Positions 1 through 9,642 of a DNA stretch of 52,812 nt are shown here, in pieces. The stretch's first letter is position 1. The number at the start of each line of letters is the position of its first letter. A program made the position numbers and the translations under genes. The DNA lies in NCBI GenBank assembly GCA_964439345.1, contig CAYTNS010000005.1, positions 1 to 52,812 of the forward strand, given 5' to 3'. Under the pieces are notes generated by a model, which saw only the letters and a program-made list of their open reading frames with translations, was not told where the DNA came from and made no database searches. This DNA comes from an uncultured Christensenella sp. Its GTDB lineage: Bacteria > Bacillota > Clostridia > Christensenellales > UBA1242.

Positions 1-1147
1 TAAATACATGTGTAACAGCCCCGATTAATTTGCCATTTTGGATAATAGGGCTACCACTCATACCCTGTACTATTCCTCCCGTTCTTGCTATCAAATCCTT
101 ATCGGTTACTCTAATAACCATACTCTTTTCATTGCAAGTTGATTGAAAATTAGTCTTAATTATCTCTATATCAAATTCCTCAATATTCTTTCCATCTATA
201 CAAGATAGAATTTTAGCTTTACCAGGGGTGGCAGATAGTCTACCACCCACATCTATAGATATCCTACCATCTAGATACTCTTCAGCATCATTAAAGTATC
301 CATATACTCCATACTCGCAATTTTTATCAACCGAGCCTAATACATTTTCTTTACTAAACGTTCCTATTAATTCTCCTGCTCTACCACTTTCACCCTTTTT
401 GATAGCCAGTATTTTGCCCTCATAGATATTTCCACCACTGACCTCAATTATTGTATTGCTATCGGCATCATTTATTGCGTGACCCAATGAACCAAACCTA
501 CCAGTAGTTACATTTATAAAGGTTAGAGTACCTATGCCTACGGCATCTTCCTTAACCCAAAGTCCCAGTTTGTAGGTATTTGTAAGAGAATCAAGTGCCG
601 GAGAAATATATGCCTCCATTTCATTGCCATCTCGCAAAATACTTAGTTTCAATTCTCCACCACTATGATTACGCAGTATATCTGAAATATCCTCTACATT
701 GTTTATTTCAATATCATTGATTTTAGTGATAATGTCCCCACTTTTTAGGTCACTATTTTCAAAAGGTCTCTCTATTCCATTATTCGAAATAATATAATTG
801 CCACCTATTAGAATTACTCCCTTAGATTGCAAAGAAAATCCTAGGCTATCCCCACCAGCAAAATACCTGTCTGGTTCAATTACATTTACCCTAAGATTTT
901 TGATATTAAAGAGGTTTAGTAACTTATACCTTATAATATACTCATCAAAATCCTCATCAGTTTTTGCCGAAACACTAGAAATCCTAGAGGATACAAATAT
1001 ATTATCGGATAGCATATCATCTAGTTCTTCCCTAGTTACAACCATTCCATCTTCATACAAAGAAAATATATCATACGGAAAAAATACGGAGACCATAACA
1101 AAAAGGAATACTGTAATTACTAGCAATAATTTCTTTTTTTTGCTCAT
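1..1147 (-). CDS. spoIVB: SpoIVB peptidase (S55), 3'-truncated by the window edge
   Basis: Not in the ORF track. Manual translation from ATG at 1147 (RBS AGGAG) gives MSKKKKLLLVITVFLF..., later LGLWVKEDAVGIGTLTF, GSLGHAI and TGGIVQGMSGSPIIQNGKLIGAVTHVF. Follows recN, as is canonical. Confidence 0.95.
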   Translation of the reverse strand, partial: MSKKKKLLLVITVFLFVMVSVFFPYDIFSLYEDGMVVTREELDDMLSDNIFVSSRISSVSAKTDEDFDEYIIRYKLLNLFNIKNLRVNVIEPDRYFAGGDSLGFSLQSKGVILIGGNYIISNNGIERPFENSDLKSGDIITKINDIEINNVEDISDILRNHSGGELKLSILRDGNEMEAYISPALDSLTNTYKLGLWVKEDAVGIGTLTFINVTTGRFGSLGHAINDADSNTIIEVSGGNIYEGKILAIKKGESGRAGELIGTFSKENVLGSVDKNCEYGVYGYFNDAEEYLDGRISIDVGGRLSATPGKAKILSCIDGKNIEEFDIEIIKTNFQSTCNEKSMVIRVTDKDLIARTGGIVQGMSGSPIIQNGKLIGAVTHVF

Positions 1148-1246
1148 AAAAAATACTCCTTAATTTAGTTACAATCTAATTCAGAAGTATTTTCTATTTT
1201 TTTGTATTAAATTATTCACCTGTGTGATAGGTAATTTTTGTAATAT

Positions 1247-2944
1247 TTAATTTAGACACTTAAATCCATTTGCTTTGATAATCATTTCCTTTGCGTGGGA
1301 TATGGCCGACTCATTGGAGCCATCACCAATCATACGCGCTATTTCGTGGATTTTTTCATCATTATTTAGCTTGTCAACTTTAGTTATAGTCGAATTACCC
1401 TCTTCGTACTTTTCTATCTTGAAATTATGGTCACCAAATGATGCTATTTGAGCCAAATGAGTAATACAAATAACCTGATTAGTCCTAGATATCTTACAGA
1501 TTTTCTGACCAACTATAGTACCTATTTCACCACCGATACCGGTATCAATTTCATCAAAGATACAAGTCTTGTTAAATCCCGATGTTTGCAAGGACTTAAA
1601 TGCCAACATAAACCTACTCATCTCACCACCAGATATAATCTTAGTAAGAGGTCTAGGCTCTACACCCAGATTGGCACTAAATAAAAATTCTATACTATCT
1701 GCACCATCTAAATTAACAAGGCTTTCTATCTTCTCTCTAGAAATATCATTAGAGAAAGAAATATCAAAAGAGGCATTTTTCATTCCTAACACTTTTAATT
1801 CTTCTAGCATTTTGCCCTTAAATATTTCAAAGCCTTTCTTTCTGGTATCTCTTAAATCCAAACATATCTTATATATCGAGTCTAATGTTTTGTCTTTTTC
1901 CAGTTTTAGTTCGTTTAATCTCTCATCGGCATTTAGTAGGATATCTAGTCTATCTTCTAATTCATTCTTATGAGCCAATATATCGGCTATAGTATTTCCA
2001 TACTTTCTTTCTAAATCTTTAATATCAGATAACCTATCTTGGACGATATCCAATTCTTCCTGAGAATAGGATAATCCATTAATATGAGAATTAAGCGAAG
2101 ATACAATATCATCTAGTTCATACTTTACAGAATAGATTCTATCCTTTTCAGCCTTCACTTCTTCATCAAAGCCCTCAATTGCAGATAGAGAATTAATCGC
2201 ACTTTTCAAAATATTGGAGACATTTATCTCCCCATCAAGCAAAGATATGGAATCATTCAATGAATTATATATCTTTTCGCTATTTTGCATTAGAGTAAGT
2301 TTACTCTTTAATTCCTCTTCCTCACCATCATAAAGATTTGAATTATTAATCTCATCTATCTCAAATTGGATAAGTCTAATATTATTTTCTCTATCCTTAT
2401 CTAGTCCACCTAAACTTGCAATAGAATCGTTGATACCTTTCAAGTCTTCTAGTTTGCTATGTAAAACTAGTTTTTTATCTTCCATACCAGAAATAGTATC
2501 ATCTAATAATCTTAAATGATTTTTGCTATCTAGTAGTACCTGACTATCGTTTTGACCGAAGATATCTATTATCTGAGAGGCAACTTTTCTAAGGATATTA
2601 AGGGTTACCAATTCGCCATTGATTCTACATTCATTCTTGCCAGTGATGGCGAAATATCTAGACACTCTAATAGTCCCCTCATTCTCAATATCCACATCAT
2701 TCAAAATATTATTGAGCGACTCATTATTTACATCAACCGAAAAAACACCCTCTACTCTAGCATACTCTTCTCCGTGCTTAATTAGAGTCTTGTCGGCTCT
2801 GATGCCTGTTAAAAAAAGTAGAGCATCTACTATAAGGGATTTACCAGCGCCCGTCTCACCAGTAAGAACATTAAAGCCCTCACCAAATTCTATGGACGAT
2901 TTAGATATAAGCGCAAGATTTGTAATCTTAATACTCTCTAACAT
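1247..2944 (-). CDS. recN: DNA repair protein RecN
   Basis: LTGETGAGKS Walker A, SGGEMSR signature, IFDEIDTGIGG, QVICITHLAQIA; between argR and spoIVB. Confidence 0.97.
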   Translation of the reverse strand: MLESIKITNLALISKSSIEFGEGFNVLTGETGAGKSLIVDALLFLTGIRADKTLIKHGEEYARVEGVFSVDVNNESLNNILNDVDIENEGTIRVSRYFAITGKNECRINGELVTLNILRKVASQIIDIFGQNDSQVLLDSKNHLRLLDDTISGMEDKKLVLHSKLEDLKGINDSIASLGGLDKDRENNIRLIQFEIDEINNSNLYDGEEEELKSKLTLMQNSEKIYNSLNDSISLLDGEINVSNILKSAINSLSAIEGFDEEVKAEKDRIYSVKYELDDIVSSLNSHINGLSYSQEELDIVQDRLSDIKDLERKYGNTIADILAHKNELEDRLDILLNADERLNELKLEKDKTLDSIYKICLDLRDTRKKGFEIFKGKMLEELKVLGMKNASFDISFSNDISREKIESLVNLDGADSIEFLFSANLGVEPRPLTKIISGGEMSRFMLAFKSLQTSGFNKTCIFDEIDTGIGGEIGTIVGQKICKISRTNQVICITHLAQIASFGDHNFKIEKYEEGNSTITKVDKLNNDEKIHEIARMIGDGSNESAISHAKEMIIKANGFKCLN

Positions 2945-3042
2945 TTTACTTTCCTTGAAGTTATTATTATTTCATTAAGTATTTTATCAAAATACAAAAA
3001 AAAATACAATTATTTCTAATTGCATTTTTAAGAAGAAACAAA

Positions 3043-3495
3043 TTAATTAAGTAGTGAATTCAATTTATCTTTAACAAAGTAAGCATCTTCTACATCACTA
3101 GAGATTACCATAACTGTGTCGTCCCCATACGCACAGCCCATAACTTGTGATAAAGATAATTGGTCTATTAGTCCACTAACCATACCAGCAGTCCCCTTAA
3201 TAACCTTTACTACTGTTATGTTCATTGCCGACTTGATAGATATTACACACTCTTTAAATATGTTTAGGCATTTGTTTGATAAAGCTTGTACTTGTGAACT
3301 AACTACAGCATACTTGTACTTTTTGCTATCAGTTAAGATTTTTATAAGTCCCAATTCTTTAATGTCTCTGCTGATAGTAGCTTGTGTAACATCAAACTCT
3401 GCATCTCTGAGTGCTGATACCAATTCCTCCTGCGTTTCAATTTCTTGAGTTGAAATGAGTTCTAGTATCTTTGATTGTCTTGAATTACGAGCCAT
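3043..3495 (-). CDS. argR: Arginine repressor
   Basis: TQEEL...VTQATISRDIKEL winged helix and C-terminal GDDT; 150 aa. Confidence 0.97.
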   Translation of the reverse strand: MARNSRQSKILELISTQEIETQEELVSALRDAEFDVTQATISRDIKELGLIKILTDSKKYKYAVVSSQVQALSNKCLNIFKECVISIKSAMNITVVKVIKGTAGMVSGLIDQLSLSQVMGCAYGDDTVMVISSDVEDAYFVKDKLNSLLN

Positions 3496-3640
3496 ATTTT
3501 TTCCACCTCAAAATCGTAATTAATTTGCAAATGCGATATTTGCCTTCCACCAAGGCAAATACCAGTTATGTAGCCCTTGTTACTCCAATCAATCCCCCTT
3601 AGAGCATAGGAATACTTAACTATCACTTTTCTTCGTGATT
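3496..3640 (-). promoter_or_regulatory. Structured 5' leader of argR
   Basis: Long imperfect hairpin at 3564-3621 and strong hairpin GGTATTTGCCTT-GGTGG-AAGGCAAATATC at 3535-3563, between the promoter and the RBS. Confidence 0.55.
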
Positions 3641-3646
3641 GCTATA

Positions 3647-3675
3647 ATTATACAACAAGATTTATCTTTATGCAA
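3647..3675 (-). promoter_or_regulatory. Sigma-A promoter of argR
   Basis: TTGCAT-17 nt-TATAAT on the minus strand. Confidence 0.8.
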
Positions 3676-3860
3676 GGGGTTTTTGAATATTTATTCATAA
3701 ATTTTTTTATAAAAATTCATAGTTTTGCATATCGTATTTTTAAAATGTATAATTATTCATTTTTATGTATAATGACGAATTAAAGCCATTTTTTAAATCA
3801 TTTTCGAACATTTTATTGAGCAAAATCCCCTTTTATGCATAAAAAATGTATATTTACACA
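3661..3860. promoter_or_regulatory. Cluster of ARG boxes (ArgR operators)
   Basis: TGAATATTTATTCA (3684), TGTATAATTATTCA (3746), TGTATATTTACACA (3847), plus degenerate copies at 3661, 3706, 3726 and 3766. Confidence 0.7.
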
Positions 3861-3970
3861 ATTATATTTTCATAACAAAGCAAAAAATTCTTTTTCTAAA
3901 AAATAAAATATCCAAAAGAAAATTTGCTTTATACAAAATAATTAATAAATAAACTTATTTACAATGCAAT

Positions 3971-4027
3971 AAAAAAATCCTAATAATTCACCCAGCTATA
4001 TAGCCTATAAATTATTAGGATATTTTT
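3971..4027 (-). terminator. Intrinsic terminator after proS
   Basis: Inverted repeat ATCCTAATAATT...AATTATTAGGAT followed by a T-tract on the minus strand. Confidence 0.6.
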
Positions 4028-4028
4028 A

Positions 4029-5705
4029 TTATTTATTATAAGTATTTAAGAATTCTTCAACGGTTAATTCTTTTCTTTCTCCCGATTTTCTTTCTATTAA
4101 TTCTACTCTATTTTCCCCTGCACCTTTACCTACTATTAGGATATATGGCACACCTATAAGCTCAGCATCTTTTAGTTTAACACCAAAGCTTTCATTTCTA
4201 TCATCTAGTAAAACCTCATCGGAAGCATCTATAATCTTATTATATATTTCGTTAGCCACTGCAATTTGAGTCTCATCTTTCTTATTAGCAATAACAATAT
4301 CAATCTTGTATGGAGCAACACACTCTGGCAAACACATTCCCTTGTCATCACAATTTTGCTCTACTAGCGCACTAAGTGTTCTGCTAACACCTATTCCATA
4401 ACAACCCATTATCATATATTGCTCTTTGCCATTTTCGTCTAGGTATTTACAATCCAATGCTTTAGTATATCTAGTACCCAATTTAAAGATATGACCAACT
4501 TCAATACCTCTAACAGTTTTTACAGTGCCACCACATCTAGGACAAGCATCTCCTGCTCTAGCCGACTTGATATCTGCAAATATATCTACATGGATATCTT
4601 CTAGATTTGCATTGATATAATGATAATCCACCTTATTAGCACCTATTACAAAATTAACCATATTCTTAATATCGTTATCTGCAACTATCGTAACATCTTT
4701 TAATCCAATAGCACCAACAAATCCAGCAACCGAACCGATACTCTCTATCTGCTCAGGACTAGCCATCTCCATACTAATAGCCCCTACAGTATTTTGAAGT
4801 TTAACCTCTTCTATCTCTCTATCGCCTCTGCAAAGTGCTAGTACTACACCCTTATCTGTGCTATAAACTACAGCCTTTACAAAGTTCTCACTCTTTAGAT
4901 TTAGGAATGTCACTAATTCATCAATAGTTTTAACAGATGGAGTTTTAATCATTTCAATCTTATTCTTTGTAACCCTACTATTGTCTACAGGTGTATATAC
5001 ACACTCTGCTTTTTCAGTATTAGCACCATAGCCACAATCACAAACAATTATCTCGTCTTCACCAATATCTGCCTTAACCATAAACTCAATAGAGCCTGAG
5101 CCACCCATAACACCGTTATCTGCCTCAACTGGTACAAAGTCTAATCCTAGTCTAGTAAACACTGCATTATAAGCCTCTTTCATTTTATCAAAAGAGATAT
5201 CCAAACCCTCTGCACTAGTATCAAAAGAATATGCGTCTTTCATTATAAATTCTTTAGCTCTTTGCAAACCAAATCTAGCCCTAATCTCATCTCTATATTT
5301 ATTTTGAATCTGATACAAAGTTACAGGTAATTGCTTATAGCTTTTTATATTCTCTTTTACTAGATATGTAAATGGCTCTTCGTGTGTTGGACCTAAGCAA
5401 AAGTCTTTGCCAGTACTATCTTTTAATTTGTACATAGTATTGCCAAAAGTATTTAATCTATTAGCATACACTTCCTGTGGAAGAAGGATAGGCATTTGAA
5501 CCTCTATAGCTCCAGCCTTATTCATTTCTTCTCTAATAATCTTCTTTAGTTTCTCTAATACTTTTAAACCCATAGGAAGATACATAAAGATACCATTTCC
5601 CATTTGCTTAATAAATCCAGCCCTAACTAGCAATCTATGACTATTAATCTCAGCATTGGCTGGGTCTTCTCTAAATGTTTTAAAAAACATATTTGTTAAT
5701 TTCAT
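4029..5705 (-). CDS. proS: Proline--tRNA ligase (bacterial type with INS editing domain)
   Basis: LGPTHEE, KYRDEIRARFGLQRAKEFIMKDAYSF, GIEVGHIFKLG, MGCYGIGVSR. Confidence 0.97.
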   Translation of the reverse strand: MKLTNMFFKTFREDPANAEINSHRLLVRAGFIKQMGNGIFMYLPMGLKVLEKLKKIIREEMNKAGAIEVQMPILLPQEVYANRLNTFGNTMYKLKDSTGKDFCLGPTHEEPFTYLVKENIKSYKQLPVTLYQIQNKYRDEIRARFGLQRAKEFIMKDAYSFDTSAEGLDISFDKMKEAYNAVFTRLGLDFVPVEADNGVMGGSGSIEFMVKADIGEDEIIVCDCGYGANTEKAECVYTPVDNSRVTKNKIEMIKTPSVKTIDELVTFLNLKSENFVKAVVYSTDKGVVLALCRGDREIEEVKLQNTVGAISMEMASPEQIESIGSVAGFVGAIGLKDVTIVADNDIKNMVNFVIGANKVDYHYINANLEDIHVDIFADIKSARAGDACPRCGGTVKTVRGIEVGHIFKLGTRYTKALDCKYLDENGKEQYMIMGCYGIGVSRTLSALVEQNCDDKGMCLPECVAPYKIDIVIANKKDETQIAVANEIYNKIIDASDEVLLDDRNESFGVKLKDAELIGVPYILIVGKGAGENRVELIERKSGERKELTVEEFLNTYNK

Positions 5706-5720
5706 AATCTTAATTTTCTC

Positions 5721-5927
5721 CTATTCAAAAAACTCTTCACGGAATGTATCTAAATCCTGCTTAATTACATTCACTTTACCTTTAACAGCATTGACCTCTT
5801 TGTAGCACTCTTTTGCTATAGCAACGCCCTCTTCATATAATTTCAAGCACTCATCTACACCCATCTCGGGAGTTTCCAATTTTGCAACAATCTCTTGTAA
5901 TTTAGCTATCTTCTCTTCTAAACTCAT
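5721..5927 (-). CDS. xseB: Exodeoxyribonuclease VII small subunit
   Basis: LEEKIAKLQEIVAKLE...LYEEGV; follows xseA. Confidence 0.92.
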   Translation of the reverse strand: MSLEEKIAKLQEIVAKLETPEMGVDECLKLYEEGVAIAKECYKEVNAVKGKVNVIKQDLDTFREEFFE

Positions 5928-5936
5928 TTCTCTCTC

Positions 5937-7109
5937 CTATTTAGTAGCCTTGGCTTTAATTTTGCCATCTATCATTGATACAATAAATTCCTTATCCATA
6001 TCCATATCTTTAATAGCACCTATTACCCTATCTCCTTGAATAACCTTTGAATAACCCATCTGAGATAGTTTTTTAGGGTTTAATCCATCAATCATAGTAG
6101 ATAATTTATCTATAGTAATTAGCCTATCGTCTAAAACCACATCTATAGCATTTAATCCATTTACCATAGAATCTAATTTATCCATAAACTCATCTACCAC
6201 ATCGCTCGACACACTATCCATCTTATTATAGGCTAAATCTATATCTTTGACCAGTATGGAAAGTCTATTTTTAATTTCTCTTTCCATAGTATACATATTT
6301 TTAGTAATCTTTTCAAGTTCAATGGACTTATCCCACGCAACCAGTTCTGCACCAGCCGAGGGCGTCGGCGCTCTTAGGTCGGATACAAAGTCTATAATAG
6401 TAAAATCAGTTTCGTGACCAACAGCCGATACTAGTGGTTTTTTGCAATTAAATGTAGCATCAGCTACAATCTCTGAATTGAATGGCTCTAGGTCTTCCAT
6501 ACTGCCACCACCTCTAGCGACTATCACCACATCTACGCCATCATACTCCGAAAAGAAGTCTATGCCTCTAGCAATCTCACTATCAGCACCAACCCCCTGA
6601 ACCTTGACAGGATATAGGACTATATCTATAGTGTCATTCCTTCTATGAGTTACATCTATTATATCTCTAATAACTGCACCAGTAGGACTAGTTACTACAC
6701 CAATCCTCTTAACCTTAGGTGGTATGGGTTTCTTTTTTTCGGCATCAAAATATCCTTTTGCTTGAAGTTTTGCCTTTAGCTCCAAAAACTTCTCATATAA
6801 TAGCCCTCTGCCATACGGCATTATAGATGTTGCATTAAAGGATAATTTGCCACCCTTGGCATAGTAATTCATACTACCCCTTACTAGCACCATATCACCT
6901 ATGGCTGGAGACTTAAAGTTATTAGCCCCGAATAACACACAACTAAGTAACCCCGCCTCATCTTTAAGATTGAAGTACGCTATGCCATTAGATATATTAT
7001 AACTGCTAACCTCTCCATAAACGAAAATATTTTGAAGCATAACCTCTGCTTCAAAAATATTTCTAATGTAAGTATTAAGTTGTGAAACCGAAATATAACT
7101 TTCACTCAT
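5937..7109 (-). CDS. xseA: Exodeoxyribonuclease VII large subunit
   Basis: YFNLKD OB fold, VTSPTGAVIRD, RGGGSMEDL, SAVGHETDFTIIDFVSDLRAPTPS. Confidence 0.97.
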   Translation of the reverse strand: MSESYISVSQLNTYIRNIFEAEVMLQNIFVYGEVSSYNISNGIAYFNLKDEAGLLSCVLFGANNFKSPAIGDMVLVRGSMNYYAKGGKLSFNATSIMPYGRGLLYEKFLELKAKLQAKGYFDAEKKKPIPPKVKRIGVVTSPTGAVIRDIIDVTHRRNDTIDIVLYPVKVQGVGADSEIARGIDFFSEYDGVDVVIVARGGGSMEDLEPFNSEIVADATFNCKKPLVSAVGHETDFTIIDFVSDLRAPTPSAGAELVAWDKSIELEKITKNMYTMEREIKNRLSILVKDIDLAYNKMDSVSSDVVDEFMDKLDSMVNGLNAIDVVLDDRLITIDKLSTMIDGLNPKKLSQMGYSKVIQGDRVIGAIKDMDMDKEFIVSMIDGKIKAKATK

Positions 7110-7495
7110 TACTTTATAACCTTAGCCAAAACTCCATTAATAAAACTATAGCTTTTGTCTGTAGAATATCTCTTTGCTAATTCTATAGCCTCATTGATAA
7201 CTATATTTTCTGCAGTAGTTCCATCAAACTTTAATTCATATACAGCTAGTACTAGGATAGCAAGATCAACTTTATAAATTCTATCTACTTCATAGCCCAC
7301 AGTATTTGATTTAATTATATCCATTATTTCATCATAGTGAACATTGACTCCACCAACTAGCGAATTTACAAATGTCTTATCTTCATCAGATACTACAAAG
7401 TCCTCGTCCATAAATTGCAAGTCACTATCTGGCTCGTGAAAGAATTTTTCAAATACTAATCTGAAAGCATACTCTCTACTCTTTTTTCTACTCAT
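7109..7495 (-). CDS. nusB: Transcription antitermination factor NusB
   Basis: SRKKSREYAF, DLAIL, INEAIELAKRY, FINGVL; start moved to ATG 7495 behind AAGGAG. Confidence 0.95.
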   Translation of the reverse strand: MSRKKSREYAFRLVFEKFFHEPDSDLQFMDEDFVVSDEDKTFVNSLVGGVNVHYDEIMDIIKSNTVGYEVDRIYKVDLAILVLAVYELKFDGTTAENIVINEAIELAKRYSTDKSYSFINGVLAKVIK

Positions 7496-7511
7496 CATCT
7501 TCTCCTTATAC

Positions 7512-7540
7512 AAGAAAGAAACCCTTGATGGCAAGGGTTA
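7512..7540 (-). terminator. Terminator-like hairpin between the Asp23 gene and nusB
   Basis: AACCCTTG-CCAT-CAAGGGTT followed by TCTTTCTT. Confidence 0.55.
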
Positions 7541-7548
7541 AATTCCAA

Positions 7549-7941
7549 TTATACTAATTCATCTTTAGGGAAATCTACCCCTAGAACGTGTACATTAATT
7601 CTATCTATCTTAACATCAATCATACCAGATAGACTATTTTTAATATTTTCTTGAACCCTATAAGCAACCTCTGTTACATTATACCCAAAGCAAACATTTA
7701 TATATACATCTACACACATAGCGTCTTTATTGTAACTAATCTTTACTCCGTCGTAGTAATTATTGCTAAACCATCTTTTTAGAAAAGAACCAAATTTAGT
7801 AACTATACTACTAACTCCAGCAATCTCCTTGGTTGCTAAATTAATTACAGACAAAACTATGTCACTACTGTATGTAACATTTCCTTTGGCTTGTTTTTTG
7901 ATATTGCTTTTATTATCGTACATCATATCTTTCCCTTTCAT
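7549..7941 (-). CDS. Asp23/Gls24 family protein (YqhY-like)
   Basis: AT.EIAGV, DVYINV.FG, VQENIK, INVHVLGV; canonical position before nusB. Confidence 0.88.
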   Translation of the reverse strand: MKGKDMMYDNKSNIKKQAKGNVTYSSDIVLSVINLATKEIAGVSSIVTKFGSFLKRWFSNNYYDGVKISYNKDAMCVDVYINVCFGYNVTEVAYRVQENIKNSLSGMIDVKIDRINVHVLGVDFPKDELV

Positions 7942-8061
7942 TATGCGAAAAGCACAAAATATATAGTATTGTATTATACATAATTAATATAACACAAGTA
8001 AGCAAATTTTGCAATTAGAAAATAATATAAAGTACCTAGATTTTACGAAATATTTAAAAAA

Positions 8062-8583
8062 CTAAACCTCAATAATTTTGATATTATCGATAGAATAACT
8101 GCTATTATTTACTACAATATCTACTATTTGAGCAACCTCTGTATTAGTAAGACCACTAGTCTCAACTATTACACTTAGTTTTTCCGAACTAGTAGAAACA
8201 ACTGCATCGGTAAAGCCCTTGGCTACTAGTAGATTTTCTATGGTCATAATCATATCCATCTTAGTAATAAGTTCTAGTCTTTCTGCTTCGGCAGCCTTTT
8301 TAGCCTCGACACTAGTAGTTTCACTGGCAATAATTGCATCTAGATATAGAATTTCTTGATTTCTAGTCTCTACCCTATCCGACCTGTAATTTGTAAAGAA
8401 ATTAGCAGACGATTGCAAATTTCCATTAGCCTCAGTTGACACATTTTTATTTAAGTAAATATTTACTATTCCCGTTAATAATAATGCCCCACAGAAGCAA
8501 CTAAGAATAATAACCTTTTTAGCTTTAGACGATAATTTTTTTCTTACCTTTAATTTTTTCTCTTTTTTCACCTTTTCTTTCAT
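8062..8583 (-). CDS. spoIIIAH: Stage III sporulation protein AH
   Basis: N-terminal TM segment, FF..YR..R..R, IENLL.AKGF.DAVV; last gene of the spoIIIA operon. Confidence 0.9.
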   Translation of the reverse strand: MKEKVKKEKKLKVRKKLSSKAKKVIILSCFCGALLLTGIVNIYLNKNVSTEANGNLQSSANFFTNYRSDRVETRNQEILYLDAIIASETTSVEAKKAAEAERLELITKMDMIMTIENLLVAKGFTDAVVSTSSEKLSVIVETSGLTNTEVAQIVDIVVNNSSYSIDNIKIIEV

Positions 8584-8587
8584 ATAT

Positions 8588-9187
8588 TTACACTCCTTTT
8601 AAAATTGTTATTTTATCTACTGAGATATCTAATAAAGTTGATATTGCATTTAGAATACTTAATTTGATTTTTGTATCACCAGCACCACTGGAAACCACTA
8701 TCACCCCCTTTACATTCGGCAGTTTTTCGGTCATTATTATTCCACTAGAATTTCCACTATTTCCTATTATAATAGGGCTAGACGATGTGGTCGTTGTTGT
8801 CCCACTAGTTGTAGTACTGGTTTTGGTATCGGTATCGCTCACATATAATAGCTCGGGGCTTCCATCTACCGAAATCATTACTTTTACATTTCCAGCACCG
8901 TCTATTTGTGATATTATATCCTCTAGCTTCCCCTCTAATCTCTCACAATACTCTAGAGTGGATATGTAACCAGTAGTTCCCTTTGCCGATTCGCTACTTA
9001 CATTCTTGCTATCCAGACTTATCCCTATGTACAGTATTATGGCTACTAGCATTATAACCACGGCAACGATTATCTTGATATTTTTCTTATTAAATATATT
9101 TAGTAGCTTAATCTTTTTTTCATCTTTCTTATCATACTCCACGATAGCTTTTCCATTTGAGCCAGTCATATCTACAAATTTATCCAT
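8588..9187 (-). CDS. spoIIIAG: Stage III sporulation protein AG
   Basis: LE.IISQIDGAGNVKVMI, P.VKGVIVVSSGA. Confidence 0.92.
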   Translation of the reverse strand: MDKFVDMTGSNGKAIVEYDKKDEKKIKLLNIFNKKNIKIIVAVVIMLVAIILYIGISLDSKNVSSESAKGTTGYISTLEYCERLEGKLEDIISQIDGAGNVKVMISVDGSPELLYVSDTDTKTSTTTSGTTTTTSSSPIIIGNSGNSSGIIMTEKLPNVKGVIVVSSGAGDTKIKLSILNAISTLLDISVDKITILKGV

Positions 9188-9635
9188 ACAAAAATATCAT
9201 ATCCTCACTCACATCAAATTTATTTGAAACCTCACTTGCAATAACTTCATACTTATTTATATTCGCCTTGTCCTCTATTAGAACTATATTGGAGGTGTCA
9301 ATAAAGATATTTTCTATCTCAAAGTCATTTTCTGACAATGTACCCCTCACTTCGACATCAAGCCCGTCAATGCCCTTGCCCTTTAAATACTCCTTTATCT
9401 GAATAGCCAGTACATCTTCTTTTGATTTAATTATATTATTAGATAATGTCTCATCTACATAGGATTTATCTAAATTCACATCGGCAATACTAATTATAGG
9501 AGATATAATAACTACTATGGCGATTATGCCAAATATGCTTTTGCAAAACTTATTAGTCTTGCCACTAGGATAGACAATATCGAAAAGAATAGATAAAAAT
9601 ACCACCCCTATAACACTAAATAACCATTTACTCAT
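9180..9635 (-). CDS. spoIIIAF: Stage III sporulation protein AF
   Basis: Two N-terminal TM segments around a PSGK loop; operon position; start moved to ATG 9635 behind GGTGGAG. Confidence 0.8.
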   Translation of the reverse strand: MSKWLFSVIGVVFLSILFDIVYPSGKTNKFCKSIFGIIAIVVIISPIISIADVNLDKSYVDETLSNNIIKSKEDVLAIQIKEYLKGKGIDGLDVEVRGTLSENDFEIENIFIDTSNIVLIEDKANINKYEVIASEVSNKFDVSEDMIFLYG

Positions 9636-9642
9636 ACTCCAC

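Noticed and set aside
3463-3626. 54-codon GTG-started ORF spanning the argR leader (possible leader peptide)
   Set aside because: No convincing RBS and not Arg-rich; probably incidental
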